Source: Candidatus Azambacteria bacterium
Lineage (GTDB): Bacteria; Patescibacteriota; Minisyncoccia; UBA10092
Length of the DNA: 64,000 nucleotides
Assembly: GCA_016213445.1 (NCBI GenBank)
Contig: JACRAJ010000001.1
Span: forward strand, 142,203 to 206,202
Direction of reading: 5' to 3'
Part shown: piece after piece, positions 38,232-47,938 of the stretch
Layout: each line of letters opens with the position of its first letter
Position numbering within the stretch: the first letter of the stretch is position 1
Program-made: the position numbers and the translations under genes
Notes under the pieces: generated by a model
Databases searched by the model: none
What the model was told of the DNA's origin: nothing
Seen by the model: the letters and a program-made list of their open reading frames with translations, nothing else

Positions 38232-38489
38232 ATGAAAACGAAAATATGTATTTTCGCGTTTGTTTTTGCGGCGGTTGCGGTCTTTTTTAGTTCCGTCGCG
38301 CAGGCTCTAGATTGCAGGTTTGTGTTTGTAAATAATGAAGGGCGTATTATTTATGATGAGTGGCAATCAAGGCGAGAATCCGAGATAAAAATGATCGAAA
38401 GCATTAAAAATAACAATCCTCCGTTGTATAAATGGATTGAATGCGAACCGGAGGAAGAAGATAACGAAATCGAAATAAGGTTTTCTTAA
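38232..38489 (+). CDS. Small secreted hypothetical protein
   Basis: AGGAGG RBS; signal peptide ending AQA. Confidence 0.75.
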   Translation: MKTKICIFAFVFAAVAVFFSSVAQALDCRFVFVNNEGRIIYDEWQSRRESEIKMIESIKNNNPPLYKWIECEPEEEDNEIEIRFS

Positions 38490-38619
38490 AATTCGAAAGC
38501 CGTTAAAAGGCTCAACGCACTGAGCCTTTTATATTTTCCGCTATTGATTTATTCGCGGCATTTATTATAATTCCAATTATGTTTTTATTTACAGATAAAA
38601 ATAAAAACACAATAAAACA

Positions 38620-38982
38620 TTGAGTAATAAATTTAAAGGCAAGCTTCTTGCCATTGACGCTTTCGGCGTAGAAAACAAAAAACTGACAAATAAAAAATAT
38701 TTGGCATCAATGCTTGAGGAAATCCCTCGCAAGCTTGGCATGCATATACTGAAAAAACCGGCGATTGAAGAAATCAAATCCGACAGGTATCCAAACACGG
38801 GCTTGTCGGGTTTTGTGATTCTCTACGAAAGCCATGTGTCTTTTCACACCTGGCCCGAAGAAAATTATATAGCCGTCGACATTTTTTCCTGCAACGACTT
38901 CAAAGAAAAAACGGCCGTGAAATGTTTTAAAGAGTTGTTAAATCCCAAAAAACTGAAGTCAAAATCAATAATCCGCGGATAA
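38620..38982 (+). CDS. speD: S-adenosylmethionine decarboxylase proenzyme
   Basis: G.SG.VIL.ESH.S.HTWPE..Y...DIFSC. Confidence 0.9.
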   Translation: MSNKFKGKLLAIDAFGVENKKLTNKKYLASMLEEIPRKLGMHILKKPAIEEIKSDRYPNTGLSGFVILYESHVSFHTWPEENYIAVDIFSCNDFKEKTAVKCFKELLNPKKLKSKSIIRG

Positions 38983-39127
38983 TTTTTGGATTGATGGCGT
39001 TATTGAAAAATATAGAAAATTTGTGTAAGCTTGTAAGATATAAGCAAGCCGCGGTAGCGAAGCGGGTGAAAGCGAGCGAGGGAGCTTTCACGGGCGTTCA
39101 TTAAATAGAAGATATAATTCCCAAAGT

Positions 39128-39199
39128 GCCGCGGTAGCTCAGTGGTAGAGCGCATCCCTGAAGAGGATGGCGTCGACAGTTCGATTCTGTCCCGCGGCA
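39128..39199 (+). tRNA. tRNA-Phe(GAA)
   Basis: GCCGCGG...CCGCGGCA; anticodon loop CTGAAGA. Confidence 0.95.
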
Positions 39200-39268
39200 C
39201 TTTGGGAATTATAAAAACGACCCCGCAGCTGCGGGGTCGTTTTTGAAATATGCACGATTTTATATCCG

Positions 39269-40015
39269 TTATAATCCGAAAATTTTGAGGAAATTTTTAA
39301 ATAAAGATGACGGTTTAACGGGAGGGGTCGAGGGGGTCTCGGGCGTTTCCGCCGGTTTTTCCTGAAGCGTTATTACAGGCTTTACGAGAATCGAAAGCGC
39401 GTTGCTTATTATATTATTAGTTTTATCAAATACGCCCTTTACCGTAACTTGAACGCCTTCCGCAATCGGAGTTTTTACGAATACTTCATCGCCGTTAGCC
39501 AAAACCAATGTAAAGCCGTCTATTGCCGTATTTTTAACGGTGCCGGAAACCGATTGGTGATAATCTTTGGTCTCCAAATTTCTCATCGTTGCCGCCCTGA
39601 TGGTTTTTGAATCGGCGGAAAGCCACCCTAAAACATTAATTTTGTCGCCGGCCTGAAAATCGGTTAACAGCGTCGGCTCCTGGTTATTGCCCAGAAGAGT
39701 AGTCCTTTCATCTATCTGAACTATATAGTTATTGTCTTTACCTTCGTTGAAAATACAGGGCAATGGTTTGTCGGTCTTGCCGTTTTCATAAACAGAGCAG
39801 GAACCGCTGTTTTTTTGGACAACCTCAAGAGAAACCGGCGGCTCGTCCGCCGCGGGGCTTTTAAAAATTTCCAGAGCGTTGAATTGATAAAAACCGGCCG
39901 CCGCCACATTTGGGTTTTGAGCGGCGAAACTGTAAGAAGAAACCAATAAAATTACTGCGAAAAAAAGGCTTGATACAGCCAATAACTTGCTTATCTTATG
40001 ATTTTTTATAAACAT
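39269..40015 (-). CDS. Secreted hypothetical protein with OB-fold-like repeats
   Basis: Signal peptide; L.DF..GD.I.V.G and GV.V.V.G motifs. Confidence 0.7.
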   Translation of the reverse strand: MFIKNHKISKLLAVSSLFFAVILLVSSYSFAAQNPNVAAAGFYQFNALEIFKSPAADEPPVSLEVVQKNSGSCSVYENGKTDKPLPCIFNEGKDNNYIVQIDERTTLLGNNQEPTLLTDFQAGDKINVLGWLSADSKTIRAATMRNLETKDYHQSVSGTVKNTAIDGFTLVLANGDEVFVKTPIAEGVQVTVKGVFDKTNNIISNALSILVKPVITLQEKPAETPETPSTPPVKPSSLFKNFLKIFGL

Positions 40016-40207
40016 GATTTATGGTTTTATGAATAATTAAACAATTTGGTTTCTACACCGGTTTTAATGGTAGCGCAAAAACGCTATTTTCGCAAGTCTT
40101 CCGGGCAGTGAAAGTTCGACACCCCGCTTTGCGTAGTTTTTCATCGAGTCGAATTTCTACCATCCGGTCTTGCCAAAGCGCGAAATTTTGGTAGAATAAT
40201 GAAAATC

Positions 40208-40279
40208 GCGGGTGTCGTATAGTGGCTATTATACTTCCTTGCCAAGGAAGAGACGGCAGTTCGATTCTGCTCACCCGCT
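40208..40279 (+). tRNA. tRNA-Gly(GCC)
   Basis: GCGGGTG...CACCCGCT; anticodon loop TTGCCAA. Confidence 0.95.
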
Positions 40280-40387
40280 CAAGACAGGAAATTGTTTTTT
40301 TGACAAAACAAGATTTATTTGTTAAAATTGCTTCATCACTTAATTAATCGATTTAGATGATGTCTAAATTTTTAGGAAATTACCAAT

Positions 40388-41908
40388 ATGATTCTATATT
40401 TAACAGGCGCCTTGGCTTTGGCGGCAGGGGCGTTTTTAGGCTATTTAATCCGCCAATCAATTGGGGCGCGCAGCGCGAACTCGATAGAAGCTAAAATAAA
40501 GCGCCAGCTTGAAGAATCGAAAACTCAAGCAAAAGAGGTTTTAATCGAGGCTAAAGACAAAGCCGTAAAAATTCTTGAAGACGCCAAACACCAGGAACAC
40601 GAACGTTTGGCTATTTTGGCGCGCCAGGAAGATCGCCTCAATCTTCAGCTGAAAAAAATTGAACAAAAAGAAGGAGATTTGGAAGGTGCTAAAAAAGATT
40701 TGGAGCGGCAGACCGATCAGATAAAAGCCATTCATCAGGAAGCGGATGTTTTAAAGAAAAAAGGCGAAGAAACGCTTGAACAAATTTCCGGTTTAAGCCG
40801 CGAAGAAGCAAAAGCTAAATTAATCGTCCAGATTGAGGAAGAATCGAAAGCCGATCTTGCGGCGGCGATTCAAAAAATGGAAAGAAACCGGATTGAGGAA
40901 CTTGAAAAGAAAGCGCGGGGGATAATGACCGTGGCAATCCAGCGATGCGCCAGGTCTCACGTTAGCGAAATTACCACCTCAACGGTTAATCTTCCTTCCG
41001 ACGAGTTAAAGGGCCGAATTATCGGCAAGGAGGGCAGAAATATCCGCACACTCGAACGGCTTACGGGCGTTGAAGTGATAGTCGATGAAACGCCGGAAGC
41101 CATTACTCTTTCTTCATTCGATCCTTTGCGGCGGGAAATCGCCAAAACGGCTCTTTTAAGATTAATGTCCGACGGCCGCATCCAGCCGGCAAAAATTGAG
41201 GAGAAAGTTGAAGAAGCTAAAAAAGAAGTTTCAAAGAAAGTCATGGAAGCCGGCGAAGCGGCTTTATACGAGGTTGGAATTTTGGATTTGCCTAAAGAGG
41301 TTGTGATGCTTTTAGGGCGGCTCGCGTTTCGCACCAGTTATGGACAGAACGTGCTTTTGCATTCCATTGAAATGGCGCATGTCGCCAATATGCTGGCCAA
41401 GGAACTCGGCGCCAATGCCGAAGTCGCCAAAAAAGCGGCTTTGCTTCACGATATCGGAAAAGCCGTGGATCATGAAATAGAGGGCACGCATTTGGAACTC
41501 GGAAGGAAAATTCTCCAAAAATATGGCATCGAACAGCCGATTATCGCGGCTATGGAATCTCATCATGAAGATTATCCGTTTTCAACGCCGGAATCGTTTA
41601 TCGTGGCGGCGGCCGATATTATTTCCGGCGCCCGGCCCGGTGCTCGCCGCGACTCGGTTGAAAACTATATCAAGCGATTAACCGAGCTTGAAAATATAGC
41701 CAATTCTTTTGCCGGCGTTGAAAAATCGTACGCTATTTCGGCCGGCAGGGAAATAAGAATTTTTGTCCATCCGGAAAAGATCGACGATTTGAAAGCGCTT
41801 CAGCTCGCCAAAGAATTGGCGAAAAAAATAGAAAGCGAATTAAGATACCCGGGCGAAATCAAAGTGAATGTGATTCGGGAAACTCGCGCGGTTGAATATG
41901 CGAGATAA
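40388..41908 (+). CDS. rny: Ribonuclease Y
   Basis: TM + coiled coil, KGRIIGKEGRNIR (KH), LLHDIGK (HD), RPGARR. Confidence 0.98.
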   Translation: MILYLTGALALAAGAFLGYLIRQSIGARSANSIEAKIKRQLEESKTQAKEVLIEAKDKAVKILEDAKHQEHERLAILARQEDRLNLQLKKIEQKEGDLEGAKKDLERQTDQIKAIHQEADVLKKKGEETLEQISGLSREEAKAKLIVQIEEESKADLAAAIQKMERNRIEELEKKARGIMTVAIQRCARSHVSEITTSTVNLPSDELKGRIIGKEGRNIRTLERLTGVEVIVDETPEAITLSSFDPLRREIAKTALLRLMSDGRIQPAKIEEKVEEAKKEVSKKVMEAGEAALYEVGILDLPKEVVMLLGRLAFRTSYGQNVLLHSIEMAHVANMLAKELGANAEVAKKAALLHDIGKAVDHEIEGTHLELGRKILQKYGIEQPIIAAMESHHEDYPFSTPESFIVAAADIISGARPGARRDSVENYIKRLTELENIANSFAGVEKSYAISAGREIRIFVHPEKIDDLKALQLAKELAKKIESELRYPGEIKVNVIRETRAVEYAR

Positions 41909-42000
41909 ACGCTTGTCAAAAACAGTTGCCTACGGCAACTGTTTTTGTTAAAATTTGATATTATAATTCGATTTTAATTTAAAATTAAGCATATAAAATT

Positions 42001-42273
42001 ATGAATAAAGACAAACTTGTCGATTCGGTTGCGGCGAAGCTCGGTTCAACCAAGGCCGAAGCCGAAAGGGCCGTTAACGCCATTGTTGACGAAATTACAG
42101 GCGCTCTTTCACGGGGCGAAGAAGTTTCTTTAACCGGCTTTGGAACTTTCGAGGTGTCGTCGAGGCAGGCGCGAGCCGGCGTTAATCCGCGAACCGGCGA
42201 AAAAATCCAAATCGCCGCCGTCAAAGTGCCGAAATTCCGCGCCGGCAAAAACCTTAAAGAAGCGGTGAGATAA
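42001..42273 (+). CDS. hup: HU DNA-binding protein
   Basis: MNK..L, GFGTF, R.G.NP.TGE.I.I, P.F.AGK.LK. Confidence 0.98.
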   Translation: MNKDKLVDSVAAKLGSTKAEAERAVNAIVDEITGALSRGEEVSLTGFGTFEVSSRQARAGVNPRTGEKIQIAAVKVPKFRAGKNLKEAVR

Positions 42274-42322
42274 AATTTTACTTTTTACAAAAAACACCCC
42301 CGCGGCCGCGGGGGTGTTTTAG

Positions 42323-42441
42323 TGAGTATCTTTACGATTCCGCTCGAACTTACTTTATCAAAAATTCCTGAACACTAAGGAAGCCGCCCCGCCGCCTGCT
42401 CGCTCAGAGCAGGGCCAAGCAAAATACTCTTTTCCTTTGAG
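42323..42441 (+). mobile_element. Cargo-less att/recombinase-tail remnant at the tRNA-Gly(TCC) 3' end
   Basis: TGAG at both ends; encodes YDSARTYF, resembling the ARTHF arm-B tail. Confidence 0.45.
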
Positions 42442-42510
42442 CGGGATGCGAGAATCGGACTCGCGCCCATACCTTGGAAGGGTATTGTACTGCCACTATA
42501 CGAATCCCGC
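42440..42510 (-). tRNA. tRNA-Gly(TCC)
   Basis: GCGGGAT...ATCCCGCT; anticodon loop CTTCCAA. Confidence 0.93.
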
Positions 42511-42638
42511 TTTTGTTTGATTTTACTTGTTTTTTCCGGATTTTTCAACATTTTTCAACAAAACCCCTCGCCATCCGGCGAGGGGTTTTGCGTCTAAAAA
42601 TTTTTTGTAATGCGACCTTTCCTGTTATATATAACGAT

Positions 42639-43007
42639 TCAACCGGCCGTTTTGGTTTCCTCTTTCGCCAAAGTTAATTGCGCCAAAGACAATATGAAAT
42701 TCTTAAACATTAAAATAATCATCGCCAAGGAACCTAAAATCGACAATTGAACGACAAACCGAGTTTTGAAAAAAGTGTTGAAAGCGAACGCGCCCCATAT
42801 TTCCGGATTAAGCGAATTATTGGCTAAAATTTGTCCGGCGTATTGCATTACTTTGGAGACGAAAACATAGTGGCCGATAAGAAAAACAAAACCGGCAAAC
42901 AGCGCCGATTCGATTAAAATATACGGAGCGATTTTTTTGGCAAACCAAATGAAATAAACGCGCCTCATTATCCGTTCGCGAATTGAATTGTTATTGTTTA
43001 TATTCAT
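42639..43007 (-). CDS. Two-TM membrane protein, putative anti-sigma factor
   Basis: Directly downstream of ECF sigma; two TM helices. Confidence 0.65.
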   Translation of the reverse strand: MNINNNNSIRERIMRRVYFIWFAKKIAPYILIESALFAGFVFLIGHYVFVSKVMQYAGQILANNSLNPEIWGAFAFNTFFKTRFVVQLSILGSLAMIILMFKNFILSLAQLTLAKEETKTAG

Positions 43008-43039
43008 TTTTTATTGTTTATATTCATTTTTTATTGTTT
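42991..43039. repeat. 20-bp tandem duplication (about 2.5 copies)
   Basis: TTATTGTTTATATTCATTTT x2 + TTATTGTTT. Confidence 0.9.
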
Positions 43040-43602
43040 TGATTTTGAGACAAGTTTTTTAAAAGTTTTTTTGCCCGGAAAAGCTTCATTTTCAGCGCCG
43101 GAACGGTAATAGATTCTTGCGCGGCTATTTCTTTATAGGATTTGTCTTCAATGTAATATAACGAAACCAATCGAGCCAAAGGTTTCGGCAGACGGGACAC
43201 GAGATTATTTACCGTGGATTTTGTTTCCATTGTCAGAGCCAAATTTTCGGTTAAATTGCCGTGTTCGGAAGCCAGCTCAAGGTCAAGCGGGTCGTTTGAT
43301 TCCATTTGTCGTTTTCTGTTTGTTTTCCTGTACCGGCTGATGGCGGCGTTCATTAAAATTTTATAAGCCCAGCTTTTAAATTCGACGCCTTCCATTTTTT
43401 TAAATTTTGCGCCGTGCAAATATATTTTGACGAAAGCTTCCTGAACGATGTCTTCGGCTTCTTCCCGCTGTTTCAAAATGCCGAGCGCTTTTCTTGTAAA
43501 CGCTTCTTGGTAGCGATCGACTAAAATCTTGAAATAAACCGGCTTTTCCAACGACGCGGCCAGTATTTCCTCGTCTTTTAAATTTTCCGCCGCAAAGTTC
43601 AT
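43024..43602 (-). CDS. ECF (sigma-70 group 4) RNA polymerase sigma factor
   Basis: AEDIVQEAFVK, FKSW.Y.I..N, SYKEIA, K.KLFRAKK.L. Confidence 0.93.
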   Translation of the reverse strand: MNFAAENLKDEEILAASLEKPVYFKILVDRYQEAFTRKALGILKQREEAEDIVQEAFVKIYLHGAKFKKMEGVEFKSWAYKILMNAAISRYRKTNRKRQMESNDPLDLELASEHGNLTENLALTMETKSTVNNLVSRLPKPLARLVSLYYIEDKSYKEIAAQESITVPALKMKLFRAKKLLKNLSQNQNNKK

Positions 43603-43719
43603 AAAATATATCCCGGCTTAATTTACATCGTTATATACTAAAACTCAATAAAATCAAAAATGTTTCAAATATTTCGCGCTCCCAGTTTAACACGGGCGCG
43701 ATTAAAAATAAATTTACCG

Positions 43720-43772
43720 TTGACAAGTATTTTTTATTTGATATAATCAACCCATACCCACGGTCGGGGTGT
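43720..43772 (+). promoter_or_regulatory. Sigma-70 promoter and probable CsoR operator
   Basis: TTGACA (43720)-N16-TATAAT (43742), then ATACCCACGGTCGGGGTGT pseudo-palindrome. Confidence 0.75.
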
Positions 43773-43804
43773 TGATAAATAACCAACCATTAATTTTTAA
43801 AAAT

Positions 43805-44077
43805 ATGACTACCCAAAAAGAAAACGCTTTAATCAATTTTAAAAAAGCCCAGAGCTTAACGTTGAAAATCATCAAAATGGTCGAAGCCGATGAATATTGC
43901 ATTGATATTATGCAGCAAAATTTGGCGGTGATCGGCCTTTTAAAATCCGCCCATCAGATGCTCATGGAAAATCACCTTAATACTTGCTTCAAAACGGCGA
44001 TGGAAACAAAAAATGAAAAAAGAAAACAAGAGATGACGCAAGAAATTTTAAAGGTTACAAAACTGCTTAATAAATAA
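43805..44077 (+). CDS. csoR: CsoR-family metal-sensing repressor
   Basis: YCIDIMQQ..AV, ENHL.TC (C-H-C ligands). Confidence 0.88.
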   Translation: MTTQKENALINFKKAQSLTLKIIKMVEADEYCIDIMQQNLAVIGLLKSAHQMLMENHLNTCFKTAMETKNEKRKQEMTQEILKVTKLLNK

Positions 44078-44083
44078 AATTAT

Positions 44084-45607
44084 ATGACCAAAAACGCAAA
44101 AGAACATATTTATTATGTAAAAGGAATGCATTGCGCTTCCTGTGAAATTTTAATCGAGAAGAAATTATTGGAATTGGAAAACATAAAATCCGTTGAAGCG
44201 AAAACGGCCAAAGGCGAAGCGCTGATTGAATACGCCGGCGAGAGGCCGGCCATTGAAAGATTGAATGAAATTTTTAAAAGAGACGGCTATGTTTTTTCTG
44301 ACCGGCCAAAAGAGGCGGCGAATGGTTTTAGGCCGAAGGAATTTTTTATAACTCTCGGCATCGGATTATTGATTGTTGCCGGTTTTATCGGATTAAGCAA
44401 TTCGGGATTATCGGGATTAATAAATGTTAGCTCGAAATCGTCTTTACCGGCGTTTTTTGCGCTCGGGCTTATGGCCGGAATTTCCAGTTGTGCGGCCTTG
44501 GTCGGCGGCATAATTCTCTCGATGTCAAAACAATGGGGCGAATTATATTCGGATGCCGATTCTGTGCGCAAGAAAATTCAGCCCCACTTAATTTTTAACG
44601 CCGGCAGGATTCTTTCTTACGGCATTTTCGGGGCGGCATTGGGAGCCATTGGCGGCAAACTTAATCTTTCCTTAAAATTTAGCTCGGTTTTAGTCATCGC
44701 CGTTTCCGTAATGATGATTTTTTTGGCTTTACAGATGTTCGGTTTCAAAGCTTTTAGAAAATTTCAATTTACAATGCCAAAATTCATTACGAGATTTATT
44801 GCCGATGAATCTAATTTCAAGGGCCGTTATATGCCATTTTTAATGGGCGCGTTTACTTTTTTCCTACCTTGCGGTTTTACCATAACAGCCCAAGGGCTCG
44901 CTTTAATATCCGGCAACGCGATTCAGGGGGGTTTGATCATGATTTTGTTTGCGCTGGGAACCCTGCCGATGCTTTTATTTATTGGTTTGTCCAGCGTTAA
45001 ATTTTTACAAAAACCGCATTTATCCAATAGATTTTTGAAAGTAGCCGGCATTTTGGTTTTATTTTTTGCTCTTTACAGCATAAATTCCCAGTTAAATGTT
45101 TTAGGAATTGCCAGCTTTAGCGATTTAGGCATCAATTCTGGCAGATTGCCAAGCGCTGCAAAAAATAATTCGACTCAAAGCGAAGAAAAATTGCCGCCAA
45201 TCGTTAACGGCAAGCAAATATTAAAAATGGACGCTTCCTCTTCCGGATATTCACCGAACTATTTTAAAGTAAAAGTCGGGGTGCCGGTAAGATGGGAAAT
45301 CGCCGATAAAGGAACAAGCGGCTGTACCAATGCCGTGATTTCAAGAGGATTATTTGATGGCGAAATTAAGCTGACTCCGGGCCAGACCAGCATTAAAGAA
45401 TTTACTCCCGAAAAACCCGGAAAATACAAGTTTAGTTGCTGGATGGGGATGATTTCGGGGATTATAGAAGTTATCGACGAAAACGGCGCGACGCTCCAAA
45501 GCGATTCTTTAAATAGCGGCGGAAATTTATTTAACTTGTCCGGCGCGGAGGGAGCGGGCGGAAGTTGCGGAATAAACGGGCAATGCGGCTGCGGCGGAAG
45601 ACGATGA
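44084..45607 (+). CDS. HMA + DsbD_2/TauE-like membrane + cupredoxin fusion protein
   Basis: GMHCASC, SSC..LVGG, FLPCGF, GC....FSCWMGM. Confidence 0.88.
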   Translation: MTKNAKEHIYYVKGMHCASCEILIEKKLLELENIKSVEAKTAKGEALIEYAGERPAIERLNEIFKRDGYVFSDRPKEAANGFRPKEFFITLGIGLLIVAGFIGLSNSGLSGLINVSSKSSLPAFFALGLMAGISSCAALVGGIILSMSKQWGELYSDADSVRKKIQPHLIFNAGRILSYGIFGAALGAIGGKLNLSLKFSSVLVIAVSVMMIFLALQMFGFKAFRKFQFTMPKFITRFIADESNFKGRYMPFLMGAFTFFLPCGFTITAQGLALISGNAIQGGLIMILFALGTLPMLLFIGLSSVKFLQKPHLSNRFLKVAGILVLFFALYSINSQLNVLGIASFSDLGINSGRLPSAAKNNSTQSEEKLPPIVNGKQILKMDASSSGYSPNYFKVKVGVPVRWEIADKGTSGCTNAVISRGLFDGEIKLTPGQTSIKEFTPEKPGKYKFSCWMGMISGIIEVIDENGATLQSDSLNSGGNLFNLSGAEGAGGSCGINGQCGCGGRR

Positions 45608-45632
45608 TATGTAAATTTTAATTTCACAAAAT

Positions 45633-47885
45633 ATGAATCAAAAAACAATCTTAAATATTTCCGGCATGCACTGTGCTTCCTGCGCGGCCAATATCGAAAA
45701 CGCCCTCAAAAAAAAGGAGGGAATTAAATCCGCCAATGTTAATTTTGCTTCCGAAAAACTTTATTTAGAATTTGATTCTGTTGAAATAAGCATCGCCAGA
45801 ATAAAAAAAATTATTGAGAAATTAGGATATGGGGCGGCGGAAGAAACCTTTGAGGAGGAAATGCGCGATCACCGTAAAGAGGCAAGAGCGCAAGAAATAA
45901 AAAAATTAAAAAAGCGGTTTATTTTTGCTCTAATTTTCAGTTTGCCCGTTATTTATATGGTAATGGGCGAGATGGCCGGCTTGCCGATGCCGATAATTTT
46001 TGAAAATTACGGAACCGTTATTCAGTTTGCGCTGGCGTCGGCCGTCATCGTTTCTTGTTTTAATATTTGGACTTCCGGTTTTAAAAACTTGTTGCGTTTG
46101 GCGCCCGATATGGATTCCCTTATCTTTATTGGCACGGCCGTCGCTTATTTTTACAGCCTAACCGTGTCCATTTTAACATTTTCGGGCGCAAAGATTGAAG
46201 CGCATCTTTATTATGAAAGCGCGGCTTTGATTTTGGTCTTTATTTCTTTGGGAAAGTATCTGGAAGCGATAACCAAGGGAAGGACAAGCGAAGCAATTAA
46301 AAAATTGATCGGGCTCCAGCCCAAAGAAGCAACGATTATAAAAAACAACGAAGAAATAAAAATTCTTATTTCCGAAGTAAAAGTCGGGGATATTATTTTG
46401 GTTAGGCCCGGCGAGAAAATTCCGGTAGACGGCATTGTTATCGACGGCTATTCCGGCGTTGATGAAAAAGCGATCACCGGCGAAAGCATCCCGGTGGAAA
46501 AGAAAAAAAACGATGAGGTAATCGGCGCGACCATTAATAAGACCGGCGTTTTAAAATTTACAGCGACTCGGGTCGGCAAGGATACAATGCTCGCGCAGAT
46601 TATAAAAATAGTTGAAGAGGCGATGGGCTCCAAGGCGCCGATTCAGCTTTTGGCCGATAAAGTTTCTTTTTATTTTGTTCCTTTCGTGATCGGCATTGCT
46701 ATTTTTGTTTTTATTATCTGGCTTTTATTGGGGCAGCCTTTGGCTTTCGCCTTAACGGTTTTTGTGGCAGTCTTGATTATTGCTTGTCCTTGCGCGTTGG
46801 GATTGGCGACGCCGACAGCCGTGATGATGGGCGCGGGATTGGCGGCAAAAAACGGCATTTTAATCAAAAACGGCAAGGCTCTGGAAATAGCCCGCGATTT
46901 GGATATCGTCATTTTTGATAAAACCGGAACTTTAACCAAAGGCGAACCGAATGTCACCGATGTGGTTAAGATTAAAAACGATATCGGCGAAAATTTGGTT
47001 TTGCAAATCGCGGCATCGGCGGAAAAAAATTCCGAACATCCTTTGGCTCAAGCGATTGTCAATAAGGCGAAAGAAGAAAAGACCGATTTGTCGGAAGTAA
47101 AAAATTTTCAAGCCATACCAGGCTACGGCATCGCGGCCGATTTGGAAAATAAAAAAATACTTTTCGGAACAAGAAAATTAATGGCTGACAATCAAATTGA
47201 TCCGAACGCAATAGAAGAAAAAATGATTGCTCTCGAAGATCAGGGTAAAACGGCAATGATTTTGGCCGTGGAAAAAGAAATTGTCGGCATTATCGCGGTG
47301 GCTGACATGCTCAAGGATTATTCAAAAGAAGCGGTTGAAATGCTTCACAAAATGGGAAAAAAAGTCGCGATAATCACCGGGGACAATAAAAGGGTTGGGC
47401 AGGCCATCGCCCGGCAAGTCGGCATAGACAAGGTTTTAGCCGAAGTGTTGCCCCAAGAAAAATCAGCCGAGATTAAAAAATTGCAGAGCGAGGGAAATAC
47501 TGTGGCGATGGTGGGAGACGGCATAAATGACGCTCCGGCCTTGGCTCAGGCAGATTTGGGCATCGCGCTTGGTTCGGGCACCGATATAGCAATGGAAACA
47601 GGAGAGATAGTCTTAATTAAAGATGATTTGCGAGATGTTGTTGCCGCTATTGATTTAAGCAAATACACTTTAAATAAAATCAAGCAAAATCTTTTTTGGG
47701 CTTTCTTTTACAATATTATCGGCATTCCCGTCGCGGCGGGCATTTTATATCCCTTTACCGGTTGGCTTTTAAATCCGGCGCTTGCCGCCGCCGCCATGGC
47801 ATTTTCGTCGGTTAGCGTTGTTTCAAATTCTCTTTTAATGAAAAGCTATAAGCCGCAAATTACCATTCGGGCTGCTGGGAATTGA
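45633..47885 (+). CDS. copA: Cu(I)-translocating P1B-type ATPase
   Basis: [38 protein letters not shown]. Confidence 0.96.
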   Translation: MNQKTILNISGMHCASCAANIENALKKKEGIKSANVNFASEKLYLEFDSVEISIARIKKIIEKLGYGAAEETFEEEMRDHRKEARAQEIKKLKKRFIFALIFSLPVIYMVMGEMAGLPMPIIFENYGTVIQFALASAVIVSCFNIWTSGFKNLLRLAPDMDSLIFIGTAVAYFYSLTVSILTFSGAKIEAHLYYESAALILVFISLGKYLEAITKGRTSEAIKKLIGLQPKEATIIKNNEEIKILISEVKVGDIILVRPGEKIPVDGIVIDGYSGVDEKAITGESIPVEKKKNDEVIGATINKTGVLKFTATRVGKDTMLAQIIKIVEEAMGSKAPIQLLADKVSFYFVPFVIGIAIFVFIIWLLLGQPLAFALTVFVAVLIIACPCALGLATPTAVMMGAGLAAKNGILIKNGKALEIARDLDIVIFDKTGTLTKGEPNVTDVVKIKNDIGENLVLQIAASAEKNSEHPLAQAIVNKAKEEKTDLSEVKNFQAIPGYGIAADLENKKILFGTRKLMADNQIDPNAIEEKMIALEDQGKTAMILAVEKEIVGIIAVADMLKDYSKEAVEMLHKMGKKVAIITGDNKRVGQAIARQVGIDKVLAEVLPQEKSAEIKKLQSEGNTVAMVGDGINDAPALAQADLGIALGSGTDIAMETGEIVLIKDDLRDVVAAIDLSKYTLNKIKQNLFWAFFYNIIGIPVAAGILYPFTGWLLNPALAAAAMAFSSVSVVSNSLLMKSYKPQITIRAAGN

Positions 47886-47937
47886 ACCCAGATTACACGC
47901 ACCCGAAGCGTGCGTAATGCCGTTATACCACAGCCCG
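47867..47937 (-). tRNA. tRNA-Pro(CGG)
   Basis: CGGGCTG...CAGCCCGA; anticodon loop TTCGGGT. Confidence 0.93.
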
Positions 47938-47938
47938 T

